Shown piece after piece: positions 47,166 to 56,347 of a stretch of 64,000 nt of DNA. The notes below the pieces were generated by a model. The model worked only from the letters and a program-made list of their open reading frames with translations, made no database searches and was not told the origin of the DNA. The position numbers and the translations under genes are program-made. Each line of letters begins with the position of its first letter. The stretch's first letter is position 1. Source of the DNA: Candidatus Omnitrophota bacterium (lineage in GTDB: Bacteria; Omnitrophota; Omnitrophia; Omnitrophales; Aquincolibacteriaceae); NCBI GenBank assembly GCA_043821445.1, contig JBDRCT010000034.1, positions 2,210 through 66,209 of the forward strand, read 5' to 3'.

Positions 47166-48632
47166 TTATCCCCCTTGAGGTCCCCGGGCCAGGATCCTTT
47201 TCATGTTCTCGGTGCTATAGAAAGTCTGCCACGCATCTTCGTAAGCCGTGAGCCATTCCCCAGGCTTCATCCTCGGATGACGGTGCGTTTCATGGAACGT
47301 ATCATAATTATTAAGGTCCGCATCCATCAACATCTCTTTTTCCAAAGCTCTTTTGTAGTCCATGGAGCCCGGAAGCGGTGTCATCATGAAAAATGAAGCC
47401 TGTCCTGCGCCAAACGACATCAGCTTTTCGACATCCTGTTTGACGGACTCGACCGTGTCCAAGGGAAACCCGATGATGTAGGCCAAGTGGCACACAACAT
47501 CCACTTCGTGAAAAGCATCTACCAGTTTTTTAAAGTTTTCAATGTCATTCTGGTTCTTCTTTGCCGCTTTAAGATTTTCCTGATTCAAACTTTCGATGCC
47601 GATAAAGACCTGCCGGCAACCGGCCCGGGCCGCTTTCTCCACAAAATTAGGTACGAGATACGCCTGGGTATCCAACTGCATCATGTAGTGGAATGGGATC
47701 CCCTCTTTTTCTTTGAGTTCGATCACCCGGTCCAGTATCTCCTCCCAGTATTTGTTGCGGCAGAAATTATCATCCGTGAAAAAATAATGGGAGATCTGAT
47801 GCTGACGGTAATCTCTCCGGAATGTCTCGATCAAAAGGTCCACATCACGGAAACGCATCTTGCGGCCCTGAACATTAATGACGGTGCAGAAGTTGCATCC
47901 GAAGGGGCATCCCCGGCCGCAGTCAAGCGTTCCAAAATGCTCCAGCGCGTAATGGGTCTGATGTTTGGGATTGATGCGTGGAAAGGGGGCTTTGGAAATA
48001 TCCGGGATATCCTTTAAAAAATTATAAACGGGTTTGAGCCGGTCATGGATGGCATCGCTCAGCACCTGCTCCCAGTGCCCTCCCTCGGCTTCACCCGCCG
48101 TGAGGCTCACGCCGGCATTACGAAGCGTTACAAGTTCCGGGGAAAGATCGGGCAGGGTCGCCATGACGCCGCTCACATGAAAACCGCCCACCAAAACGTC
48201 GATCCCGGCCTGGCGGAACTTCATCGCAATATCCGAAGCCCGCGGCATTTGATTGGATTGGACCCCCACGAGACAGATCACGGTCTTGGTCCTGATCTGA
48301 CGACTTTCCCTTATGATCTTTCTATAGGGAATTCCCTGCACCGTATCGTCAATGAGGGTGATCTCCCAAGCCAGGTCCCTGCCCAACACACCGCGATCCC
48401 GGGCGTCTTCGCTCAACCCATTCAGGCAGGAAAGTGTATTGCTGGGAAGAACGCCCTTCCAATAGCGGATCAAATACCCCTCATCATCATATTTGGAGGG
48501 TTTGATCAGAAAAAGATGGAAACGTTTGTATTTGTGGGGACTCACTCGGAGGGACCCCTTACCTTGGGCCTCAAAAAAGGTCTCCAAAGAACAGCAAGGC
48601 GCAGGAGATTTTGGATTTTCGCAAATCTTCAT
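47166..48632 (-). CDS. Cobalamin-binding (class B) radical SAM protein, paralog
   Basis: 488 aa; B12-binding region (ICLVGVQSN...DVLVGGFH); radical-SAM motif CGRGCPFGCNFC. Confidence 0.85.
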   Translation of the reverse strand: MKICENPKSPAPCCSLETFFEAQGKGSLRVSPHKYKRFHLFLIKPSKYDDEGYLIRYWKGVLPSNTLSCLNGLSEDARDRGVLGRDLAWEITLIDDTVQGIPYRKIIRESRQIRTKTVICLVGVQSNQMPRASDIAMKFRQAGIDVLVGGFHVSGVMATLPDLSPELVTLRNAGVSLTAGEAEGGHWEQVLSDAIHDRLKPVYNFLKDIPDISKAPFPRINPKHQTHYALEHFGTLDCGRGCPFGCNFCTVINVQGRKMRFRDVDLLIETFRRDYRQHQISHYFFTDDNFCRNKYWEEILDRVIELKEKEGIPFHYMMQLDTQAYLVPNFVEKAARAGCRQVFIGIESLNQENLKAAKKNQNDIENFKKLVDAFHEVDVVCHLAYIIGFPLDTVESVKQDVEKLMSFGAGQASFFMMTPLPGSMDYKRALEKEMLMDADLNNYDTFHETHRHPRMKPGEWLTAYEDAWQTFYSTENMKRILARGPQGG

Positions 48633-48679
48633 GGGGAATAATTATACTCTATCTTTAGGATAACTGCTAGAAATGGTTT

Positions 48680-50095
48680 TTAGAGGTTCGAGAGCTGGAG
48701 ACTGGAAACAGAAATTCTGCTCTGGCGAATACAATCCGTGATGCCAAATCCGTGGAATCCATTTCCCGTAAAAAAAAGACCGGGATATTGAAAACCTTTT
48801 TTTTCGATCCGCTTCACACGATCAAAATGTCCCGTCTCATATTGGGGCAACGCGCTAGGATAGCGTTCAATATCGATAAGCAGCGGCTTGGCATGAACGC
48901 CAAAAAAATCACTCATAAAAGTCTGCATCCTTTGTTTGACTAGTGCGTCATTCTCATGAAAGACCTTGGGAAGCATTGTTTCGGACAGAAATGCGCGCAT
49001 CAAAAGGTGTTTTCCATCCGAGCTCTTACCGAGCCATTTAAAACTTGAAAAAGGACACCGCTCACCCCCCATGGGCACCAGGAATCCGAAATCCGGACCT
49101 TGAGCCAGTACATCCCCGGCCTTGTAAATAAGATTCACCGCCGCGATCGAATCGTATCGTACAGTTGAAAGTGCCAGGGAAAGTTCGGGAGCGGTTGTAA
49201 AAAGCAATTTCGAAGCATCGCAAGCGTTCATGGCAAAACCCAAGATGTCTGCGCACAATAGGGTGCCATCCTCCATAAAAATTTCCCAACCCGCGTTGTA
49301 AGCACACTGCCGGACAGGCGAGGACCTTCGCAACTCACACCTCCCTAATTCCCGCACAAGCGCGTGAACTAGTCCTTCAAGGCCCTGCCTCAAAGTAAGA
49401 AATTCTGCCGGAACCTTTTCTTTTCTCCAGCTTGTCTTGTTCAGAAAAGATCCGGCAAGACTTCCATGAGTCTTCTCGACTTGCCGCAGCCTTGGGAATA
49501 GAGCTTCCAGACTCAACCGCTCGGGATTCATCATGCAAACGCCTTGCGCCAATGGTTTTACGACTTCTTGGTAGAAGCCTTGCCCAAGACGCCGGCGAAT
49601 AAAACTCGCGAGACTTTCATCTCCATCTTCCTTCCGACGCGGAATGAACGGCTCTCCAAGCATCCGGCATTTCCCAAAAAAACTCAACCGAGGGCTATTA
49701 AGAAAACGAAAGACATCGGAAAAGGATCCAGAAAGACCTGGAATAGGATAAAGCTGTTTATTTTTCAGGCCAAAAAAACGCCGGAAGCATGGGGATGCCT
49801 CGATCACATCTTCCTGAAGACCCAGCTTGCGACAAAGGTCCAGGGTGTCATTTTGACCGGCATAGAAAGCATCCGCTCCGGCTTCCATGTGAAGGCTTTC
49901 GTGTGTCAGCGTACGAAGCACCCCACCCAAACGGTTTGAGGCTTCGAGTACGGTGATCCTAAGGGGAAAATGCTCTTCTGCGGCTCTCCGGGAAAGGAAA
50001 AAAGCGGAGCTAAGGCCTGAAATACCACCCCCGATGATCACCGCGTGGCGTCCAAGTCTTGGATTTCTTTTTTGAACGTTGACTTGAACTGTCAT
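48680..50095 (-). CDS. FAD-dependent oxidoreductase, protoporphyrinogen-oxidase / phytoene-desaturase (HemY/CrtI)-like
   Basis: 471 aa; dinucleotide motif VIIGGGISGLSSAF...VLEASNRLGGV; C-terminus FTGNGFHGFGITDCI typical of the amine-oxidase superfamily. Confidence 0.7.
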   Translation of the reverse strand: MTVQVNVQKRNPRLGRHAVIIGGGISGLSSAFFLSRRAAEEHFPLRITVLEASNRLGGVLRTLTHESLHMEAGADAFYAGQNDTLDLCRKLGLQEDVIEASPCFRRFFGLKNKQLYPIPGLSGSFSDVFRFLNSPRLSFFGKCRMLGEPFIPRRKEDGDESLASFIRRRLGQGFYQEVVKPLAQGVCMMNPERLSLEALFPRLRQVEKTHGSLAGSFLNKTSWRKEKVPAEFLTLRQGLEGLVHALVRELGRCELRRSSPVRQCAYNAGWEIFMEDGTLLCADILGFAMNACDASKLLFTTAPELSLALSTVRYDSIAAVNLIYKAGDVLAQGPDFGFLVPMGGERCPFSSFKWLGKSSDGKHLLMRAFLSETMLPKVFHENDALVKQRMQTFMSDFFGVHAKPLLIDIERYPSALPQYETGHFDRVKRIEKKGFQYPGLFFTGNGFHGFGITDCIRQSRISVSSLQLSNL

Positions 50096-50170
50096 GATTT
50101 CAAATTATTTTTTATTATTGAGAATCATGGCGTTCACTCATGGGATCCAGCAATAGGAATGGATAGGCTT

Positions 50171-51100
50171 TTAATTCTCTTGGACAAGGATGGTAAAGAT
50201 CTTGCGGGTCGGAGCCGTTTTGGTCTCCCACGGCCGCTTGTAGACAAAATCAGCCTTGGTCTCGCCGGGAATCATGGCCTTGAATCTGTAAACATCTTCA
50301 CCCGGCACGCCTGGCATCACTTCCTGCGATGTGACGTGGTCGGACCCCAAAAGCTTAACCGTCCTCTGCTCTTCCGGCAAAGTCATTTTCCAGAGAAATC
50401 CGGTCGAAGGATTGCTGCCCAAAACAATCGAAAATTCTTCCCCCGGCGGAACTTTGATAGGAACACCTGGATCTCGAAACACCAAGGGCTGGATCCCCGT
50501 TGACACTGCAGAATCGGACATTGCGGTCGGGGGCGTATCGTTTGTTTCGACCGGCATCGTCGAAGCCTGGTCAGGAGTCTGAGAAACAGCACTCTCATCG
50601 GGAAGTGACGCAGCTTCCTTCATTTCCTCGGGAACAACAACATCCATCGTGATTGGATCGCTCCAAAGAGGCTCCGCGATATCGCCATCCTCGCTCATGC
50701 GTTGGAACCCGAGCCGGAAGGTGACCGGTTCGGTCTTATCTTTGTTAGGGATATAGAGGATGATGTTCTTTTCATAAACATCACCGGGGTCAAGCGTGAT
50801 TTGTTCGAGAGTGTTTTCGTTGCAGGTCCAGGACTGAATAAGCACCTCGGCATTATCCGTGACCCAATGCTTTTCATAGGAGCAACTATTGCTCCAAAAT
50901 TCGACCGAGGTATCGGAGCTTGAATTTGTGACCTGCACATGGACAAGGAACATCATCCCGACTTTAACGGAATTCTGATCGGGAAGCACCTGGATCTTGA
51001 GGAGCGAGTCCTCAGCCCAAACGGTCGGGCCGAAAGGGCAGAGAGAGAAAAAAACGGGGAAAAGGAAAACGAAAGAAAATAAAAAAGGGTTCCTTCTCAT
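50171..51100 (-). CDS. Secreted protein with C-terminal chagasin-like (I42) peptidase-inhibitor domain
   Basis: Signal peptide MRRNPFLFSFVFLFPVFFSLCPFGPTVWA; S/T/P-rich linker; C-terminal NPSTGFLW...GVPGEDVYRFKA matches the chagasin NPTTGY.W motif. Confidence 0.55.
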   Translation of the reverse strand: MRRNPFLFSFVFLFPVFFSLCPFGPTVWAEDSLLKIQVLPDQNSVKVGMMFLVHVQVTNSSSDTSVEFWSNSCSYEKHWVTDNAEVLIQSWTCNENTLEQITLDPGDVYEKNIILYIPNKDKTEPVTFRLGFQRMSEDGDIAEPLWSDPITMDVVVPEEMKEAASLPDESAVSQTPDQASTMPVETNDTPPTAMSDSAVSTGIQPLVFRDPGVPIKVPPGEEFSIVLGSNPSTGFLWKMTLPEEQRTVKLLGSDHVTSQEVMPGVPGEDVYRFKAMIPGETKADFVYKRPWETKTAPTRKIFTILVQEN

Positions 51101-51108
51101 CGCACAGA

Positions 51109-51333
51109 TCAGTTGACCTTCACAAAGGGATATTGGGTCTTGATATATTTTTGAAAAAAAATCCCGTGCGAGGGGGCGGCCATGAGCCCGTGATAAACGC
51201 TTTCGGGCACTTCTTGGAAGCGATAGACACCGCCCGCGCGAAATACGACCTCCAGGATCGATGTCACGTTATCATAACCGATCAGCGCGAGATCGCGCGA
51301 CTGTACAGGTTTTATATCCATTTCCTTCACCAT
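51109..51333 (-). CDS. KTSC-domain protein
   Basis: 74 aa; LIGYDNVTSILEVVFRAGGVYRFQEVPESVYHGLMAAPSHG matches the KTSC consensus as I recall it. Confidence 0.6.
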   Translation of the reverse strand: MVKEMDIKPVQSRDLALIGYDNVTSILEVVFRAGGVYRFQEVPESVYHGLMAAPSHGIFFQKYIKTQYPFVKVN

Positions 51334-51348
51334 AAAAGCACCTCTCCG

Positions 51349-51798
51349 TTAGACCCGGGAAGCCAGCTCCCGCAGGGCTTCCTCAAACTCTTGGTATTTT
51401 TCCAGGATCACATCCCGGGCCGGTCGAAAACTCCCATCCTGGAACTTAAAAAGAATGATGTTGTTTCCAAAAAGCGACCGGTAGCAATGCTTCCTCGCCC
51501 AATCCTCCGGCTTTTCGTTACGGTAATTCGTCATCAAATACACTAACCCGAAAGGATACGCAGCCTGAGCTGTATAATCGATCCCTTCAAACCGGACTAC
51601 AATGGGCGCTGTCCGAAAATAATTCAAAAGACAGATCATTTTGGAAAGATCGTTCCCGGGTTTTTTAAGAAATTCTTCAAACGCCTGGGACTGCGCCACG
51701 GGCTCAAGCCCGTCCGCACCCAGGACTATCGGAACTACTCCCAAAAAAACAATGCTCAAAGAGAAAGACAAAACAACTCCGCTCAAGAATTTCCGCAT
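51349..51798 (-). CDS. Secreted hypothetical protein
   Basis: 149 aa; signal peptide MRKFLSGVVLSFSLSIVFLGVVPIVLGA. Confidence 0.4.
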   Translation of the reverse strand: MRKFLSGVVLSFSLSIVFLGVVPIVLGADGLEPVAQSQAFEEFLKKPGNDLSKMICLLNYFRTAPIVVRFEGIDYTAQAAYPFGLVYLMTNYRNEKPEDWARKHCYRSLFGNNIILFKFQDGSFRPARDVILEKYQEFEEALRELASRV

Positions 51799-51831
51799 AC
51801 TTTTATACCTTAATCTTCCAACCCACTTTAA

Positions 51832-52032
51832 TTAGGCCTCATCCATGTAAGGCGTATGCCCGACGCTTTTTCTATAATAATCGAAACACTCCCGGCAGAT
51901 CCCATCCCCGTGCACCCATTTCGGGTGCTCCTTCAGGATCACATCGATAATGTGATGGTCCGTATGTTTCAAGAAAACCATCAAATCGTGTTCTATCTCT
52001 TCCTTACAAACCGGACACACATAATTTTCCAT
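51832..52032 (-). CDS. Small zinc-ribbon protein (two CxxC pairs)
   Basis: 66 aa; CPVC...CREC. Confidence 0.45.
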   Translation of the reverse strand: MENYVCPVCKEEIEHDLMVFLKHTDHHIIDVILKEHPKWVHGDGICRECFDYYRKSVGHTPYMDEA

Positions 52033-52090
52033 AGGGGCCCTTCTCTGGGGGATGCTTCAGACCTTGTAATCAGTCTATAGCTTAGACGAA

Positions 52091-52426
52091 CTAGGCCGTT
52101 TCGTCAAAGCCCCAATTGGCATGTAAGAAATATTTTTTAATTTCCGCCTTATGCCCCTTCAACTGAAATTGAAAATTCGCGATCCCGCCCTGCGGCAGGT
52201 GGTCCGGCTCGGTCGGAACACTGGTCCCCAAAAGAGGGACCTGATTCTTATCAAAGATCACCAGTTGAGCACGAATCCCTTTAATAGGATGACCAATGTT
52301 GTTGATGACAATGCCTTGGAGGGACGCGCCTTCAGCCTCGTTGAAGTGGGTGCTGGCGCCTTTGATGATCACTTCGCGCGGCAACTTCTGAAAATTCTCG
52401 ATCTCTGGAAAGGATTCGATCCCCAT
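52091..52426 (-). CDS. Hypothetical protein
   Basis: 111-aa ORF on the operon strand; no motif recognised. Confidence 0.35.
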   Translation of the reverse strand: MGIESFPEIENFQKLPREVIIKGASTHFNEAEGASLQGIVINNIGHPIKGIRAQLVIFDKNQVPLLGTSVPTEPDHLPQGGIANFQFQLKGHKAEIKKYFLHANWGFDETA

Positions 52427-52484
52427 AGCCCCTCGGTACAGCGTTCTTTACCACCTATAAGAACGGCTAGAGAGGCCACAACCT

Positions 52485-53951
52485 TCACAGTATTTTTCGG
52501 GTCTCCGCCTCGATCTTGGAGTCCGTCTCCGGAATCAAACTCTCCAGGAACTGTTCGAATTCGTCCTCCAAAGCAAGGTAGGGTACGGGCTTGAGCCCCG
52601 TGATCCGCTCGATCGCGTCCAAAGTCCTCAAATCGAACGGATCGCACATCGCGACTCTCACCGAGCCTTCAGAAACCCCGATTGGAACCGCACGGTGGTG
52701 AAAAACGAATTCTGCGTTAAAAAGATGAAAGATCGCCGGATCCGGGGTCCACCCCTTCAGACTGAAATAAGGAACCTTGAGCTTCTTTTCAAGCATCCTT
52801 CCCACATCCTGGCTTGAGATAAGATTCATATTGATCAGAGTCTGGCCAAGGCGATGGCCTGTCTGGAGATGCTGCTTGAGGGCCTCGCTCAACTGATCTT
52901 CGGTGATCAGTCCGGTACTCACAAGGACCTGACCCAGCGGATCCACGTGTTTTTTGGGCTTGGAGGGCTTGATCTCCGGTTCCAGGATGTGGACTGCCTC
53001 ATCTAGTTTTCTGATCGGGGACGAACGTCGGTCTTGAAGATAATGGCTCCCCGGCTGACTTTTCAGGAACGTCTTGACCTCCGCGGCGTCCTCCGCGATC
53101 TCGCGAAGGTTTGCGTAATTCCGGTAAAGGTTGGTGCAACCGGCGACCGAGCAGGACATGAGCGGGAAATTCTCCATTTTGCCGCGCCGGTTCTCCACGC
53201 GAATGAATCCCGTATCCCGATCTTTTTTGCTGTAATAGGTTGGAATGATCCGGTCAAAATCATCGATAAATTGGCGCGAAAAGACCTCCTCAATTTCTGT
53301 GGGAAGCACCACGATAAAATCGTCTCCGCCGATATGCCCGATGAAACACTCCCCGTCGCTTGCCATGGCGTGACTGGTCGCCACGAGGATCCGGGCGGTC
53401 TGGAGAATGGCCTCGTCACCTTTTTGAAAACTATAGTGGTCATTGAATGCTTTAAAGTTATTGATATCGATATAAAGGACCGAGAATTTTTCTCCCGCCT
53501 GGATCTTCTTCAGAACGATTTTCTCGATAGCGTGGTTACCTGGAAGATGCGTGAGCGCGTTGGCCTCCACCCGTTCCATTGTCTTTGCAATATTAAGGTT
53601 CACACGCAATTGCAGCACGAGAGGACTGAAAGGTTTGGCCAAAAAATCGTCGAAACCTTTTTCATGGCTGAGCATGAGCTCTGTCAGTTTATGTTCCTCC
53701 GTGATCATGATCACCGGGACCGACATAAGATGAGAACGGGAACGGATGACCTGGATGAGCATTTTGCCGCCCACGGGCTCCATATCGCTTGAAAGCAGGA
53801 TCAGGTCCAGGACCTCGCGATCCAGAAATCTCAGGACCTGGCTGCTTTTCGAGGCCTCAAAAACCTTGTGGTGGCGGGAGTGAAGGCGCATCAGGATCAG
53901 CTCCCTTGTCGCATCGTCTTTTTCGGCGACTAGGATCCGCTTTCCTTTCAT
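52485..53951 (-). CDS. Response regulator with REC, GGDEF-like (GGDDF) and C-terminal MshEN/T2SSE-N c-di-GMP-binding-type domains
   Basis: 488 aa; REC domain (ILVAEKDDATREL...DLILLSSDMEP...FLAKP); GGDEF-fold region with HIGGDDFIVVL; C-terminal 110 aa resembles the N-terminal domain of T2SS/MSHA ATPases (LVSTGLITEDQLSEALKQ...LGQTLI...LISSQDV). Confidence 0.7.
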   Translation of the reverse strand: MKGKRILVAEKDDATRELILMRLHSRHHKVFEASKSSQVLRFLDREVLDLILLSSDMEPVGGKMLIQVIRSRSHLMSVPVIMITEEHKLTELMLSHEKGFDDFLAKPFSPLVLQLRVNLNIAKTMERVEANALTHLPGNHAIEKIVLKKIQAGEKFSVLYIDINNFKAFNDHYSFQKGDEAILQTARILVATSHAMASDGECFIGHIGGDDFIVVLPTEIEEVFSRQFIDDFDRIIPTYYSKKDRDTGFIRVENRRGKMENFPLMSCSVAGCTNLYRNYANLREIAEDAAEVKTFLKSQPGSHYLQDRRSSPIRKLDEAVHILEPEIKPSKPKKHVDPLGQVLVSTGLITEDQLSEALKQHLQTGHRLGQTLINMNLISSQDVGRMLEKKLKVPYFSLKGWTPDPAIFHLFNAEFVFHHRAVPIGVSEGSVRVAMCDPFDLRTLDAIERITGLKPVPYLALEDEFEQFLESLIPETDSKIEAETRKIL

Positions 53952-54739
53952 AAAAAACTTTCTTTCTTGGAAGGAAATTTCTTATTCTGAACGTCACGGC
54001 AATAATCGCCGGCCGCTTTTTTCATGATCTTTTCAAGATCTGCGTAATGTCGCACAAAACGGGGACTCACTCCGGAACGGATGCCCAGCAGATCATGAAA
54101 CACCAGCACCTGTCCGTCGGTCGCGGGTCCCGCGCCGATCCCGATCGTCGGACACCGCACGGTTTTTGTGATCTCCTCAGCAAGTTTTGCCGGCACGCAT
54201 TCCAACACGATCGCAAATGCCCCCATCCGGTCCAGCAGTTTCGCGTCCGCACGGATCGTGGTTGCTTCGTCCGGATCTTTTCCGTAAACACGGTATTTTC
54301 CGTCTCCGACACTCTGCGGAAGCATACCGATATGTCCCATCACCGAAATGCCTTCGGTCACAAGTTTCTGGATCTGAGCTTCGATCTTCACACCCCCCTC
54401 GAGTTTCACGGCATCGGCTCCAGCTTCCCGGAGCAAACGTTGCGCATTGACAAGCGCCTTCGCGGGATCGTTATAGGAATGGATCGGCATGTCCGCAACC
54501 ACAAGCGCGTGCTTTACGGCCTTGGCAACCGCCGCTGTGTGATAAAGCATGTGTTCGATCGTCATGCCAAGCGTATTTTCGTGACCCAAAAGCACCATGC
54601 CGACAGAATCGCCGACCATAACAATATCCACACCCGCCTCATCCGCGATCCTTGCGCTCGGATAGTCGTAGAGACTGAGCGAAACGATCCTCTCTCCGGC
54701 CTGCTTTTTTGAATAGATGGTCTGGGATGTGTGTTTCAT
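53948..54739 (-). CDS. panB: 3-methyl-2-oxobutanoate hydroxymethyltransferase
   Basis: 263 aa; KetoPantoate hydroxymethyltransferase motifs (DIVMVGDSVGMV, VVADMP, GAD.VKLEGG). Confidence 0.9.
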   Translation of the reverse strand: MKHTSQTIYSKKQAGERIVSLSLYDYPSARIADEAGVDIVMVGDSVGMVLLGHENTLGMTIEHMLYHTAAVAKAVKHALVVADMPIHSYNDPAKALVNAQRLLREAGADAVKLEGGVKIEAQIQKLVTEGISVMGHIGMLPQSVGDGKYRVYGKDPDEATTIRADAKLLDRMGAFAIVLECVPAKLAEEITKTVRCPTIGIGAGPATDGQVLVFHDLLGIRSGVSPRFVRHYADLEKIMKKAAGDYCRDVQNKKFPSKKESFL

Positions 54740-54747
54740 TTTTCTAG

Positions 54748-54814
54748 CTCAACGCGCAAAGCGCAACGCACAACGTAAGACTTTCCGTTGCGTGTTGTGC
54801 GTTGACCGTTGCTC
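54748..54814. repeat. REP-like palindromic element, family 1 copy B
   Basis: CTCAACGCGCAAAGCGCAACGCACAACG...CGTTGCGTGTTGTGCGTTGACCGTTGC with a 12-bp perfect stem CAACGCACAACG/CGTTGTGCGTTG. It lies between the folD stop and the panB start, 8 nt from the panB ATG. Confidence 0.6.
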
Positions 54815-54816
54815 GA

Positions 54817-55674
54817 TCATTTAGTCTGCCACTCATACGCCGTGATGAGATTTTCCATGAGCATGGTCACGGTGAGCGGTCCCACGCCGCCCGGGACCGG
54901 CGTGATAAAACTGGCCTTTTTGACCGCCTCGCCGAACTCGACGTCACCTTGAAGTTTTCCGTCGACTTCCGTGGTCCCAACATCGATCACAACCGCACCT
55001 TTCTTGATCCAGGAGCCTTTCACAAGACAGGGCTTCCCCGAACAGGCCACGACGATCTCGCTCGTACTCACGATCTTTTTCATATCCTCTTCGCCTGTCC
55101 CTGTATTACAAACAAGCGTTGTCACCCGGGCCTCGCCCAGCAAGAGCTGAAGCGGACGTCCCACGATCGCACTTTGGCCGATGATCGCCGCCTTTTTGCC
55201 GCGCAGCATGATGCCGCTTGCTTTAATAAGCGTGTAGGCCGCAAACGCCGTAGGCGGGATCAGCTTACCACGCCGCAGAACGATCAGTCCAAGACTGGTA
55301 GGATGAACGCCCTCGACATCTTTCTTGGGATCAATAGCGAGCAGGACTTGATCGGAGTCAATCCCTTGAGGAAGCGGCATTGAGATGAAAAGTCCGTGGA
55401 CCGTTTTATCAGCATTCATTTCCTGGATCTTCTGGAGCAAAGCCTTTTCGCCTTTCACTTGATCCGGCATGATGCGTTTAAAATGAATGCCAAGTCTGCC
55501 GGCCAGTTTTTCCTGGCTGTTGATGTACCAAACCGCTGACGGATCCTCACTGGTCTGGATCGCAACCAAAGAGGGGCTGGGAAGTCCCGCGCCCGTAAAA
55601 GATTCCACTTTTTTGACAATCTTTTCCTGAAGTTCCGATGCGATCGCTTTCCCTTCCAATCTTTTGGCTTCCAC
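54817..55674 (-). CDS. folD: Bifunctional 5,10-methylene-THF dehydrogenase / 5,10-methenyl-THF cyclohydrolase
   Basis: Start set at GTG 55674 (MEAKRLEGKAIAS) with GGGAG ribosome-binding site; it is 1 nt after the upstream gene's TAA; motifs GKAIA, PLP.Q, GRPL..LL, TPVPGGVGP.T. Confidence 0.88.
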   Translation of the reverse strand: MEAKRLEGKAIASELQEKIVKKVESFTGAGLPSPSLVAIQTSEDPSAVWYINSQEKLAGRLGIHFKRIMPDQVKGEKALLQKIQEMNADKTVHGLFISMPLPQGIDSDQVLLAIDPKKDVEGVHPTSLGLIVLRRGKLIPPTAFAAYTLIKASGIMLRGKKAAIIGQSAIVGRPLQLLLGEARVTTLVCNTGTGEEDMKKIVSTSEIVVACSGKPCLVKGSWIKKGAVVIDVGTTEVDGKLQGDVEFGEAVKKASFITPVPGGVGPLTVTMLMENLITAYEWQTK

Positions 55675-55675
55675 T

Positions 55676-56284
55676 TTATTCACTCCCTTTTGTGAAGCGG
55701 CCACGGAGTTCTGCCAAAGCCTTTTCGGCACGCTCTTTCCGCTCTTTGTTTTTCATATAGACCACATTGATCTGCGCGGTATGAAAAGCCCCTTCGAACG
55801 CGGCGGTCAAAAGACCATCGCTTACGATCAGATCATTAGCGACTGCGCCTTTGACAAGGGTTTTCATGTGTGCGTTCCACTCTTTCGCCATTACAAGGAT
55901 AAGCGCAAGATCCGCTTGCAGGCGAAACGCATTCTGGAGCGCGTCTTCCAGCTTCTCGGGCCCCGCGCCCTCTTTGTAGCAAGCCATTACCTCATCGTAG
56001 ACCTTAGGATCAAGCGATACCACCTGAAGCGCGTCCGCCCGGGTCTTCTCCAGGGCACTGACGATCTCCCGCATACGCTGGCGGTTGGCCTCGTCCTGGA
56101 ACTTTTGTTCCGGCGCAAGATCAGCCTTGGGTTTGCGCCTGAGCGCGATCCGCGCCACCATTTGTGTCAGGGCCATCCCCAGGGCCCCGGCATAGGCCGA
56201 AACACTGCCTCCCCCCGGCACCGGTGCATCGCTTGCGAGTTTTTCCAAATAAGTTTCGAGACTGAGATCCGTATATTTTTCCAT
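55676..56284 (-). CDS. Formiminotransferase-cyclodeaminase-like (cyclodeaminase / methenyl-THF cyclohydrolase domain) protein
   Basis: Start at MEKYTDLSLETYLEKLASDAPVPGGGSVSAYAGALGMAL (typical FTCD_C N-terminus); all-alpha. Confidence 0.6.
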   Translation of the reverse strand: MEKYTDLSLETYLEKLASDAPVPGGGSVSAYAGALGMALTQMVARIALRRKPKADLAPEQKFQDEANRQRMREIVSALEKTRADALQVVSLDPKVYDEVMACYKEGAGPEKLEDALQNAFRLQADLALILVMAKEWNAHMKTLVKGAVANDLIVSDGLLTAAFEGAFHTAQINVVYMKNKERKERAEKALAELRGRFTKGSE

Positions 56285-56347
56285 AACACCCTTTAAAAAT
56301 AAAAGAACCCCCAACGCTTTTCTACGATCGAGGATTCGATTGTTGGA

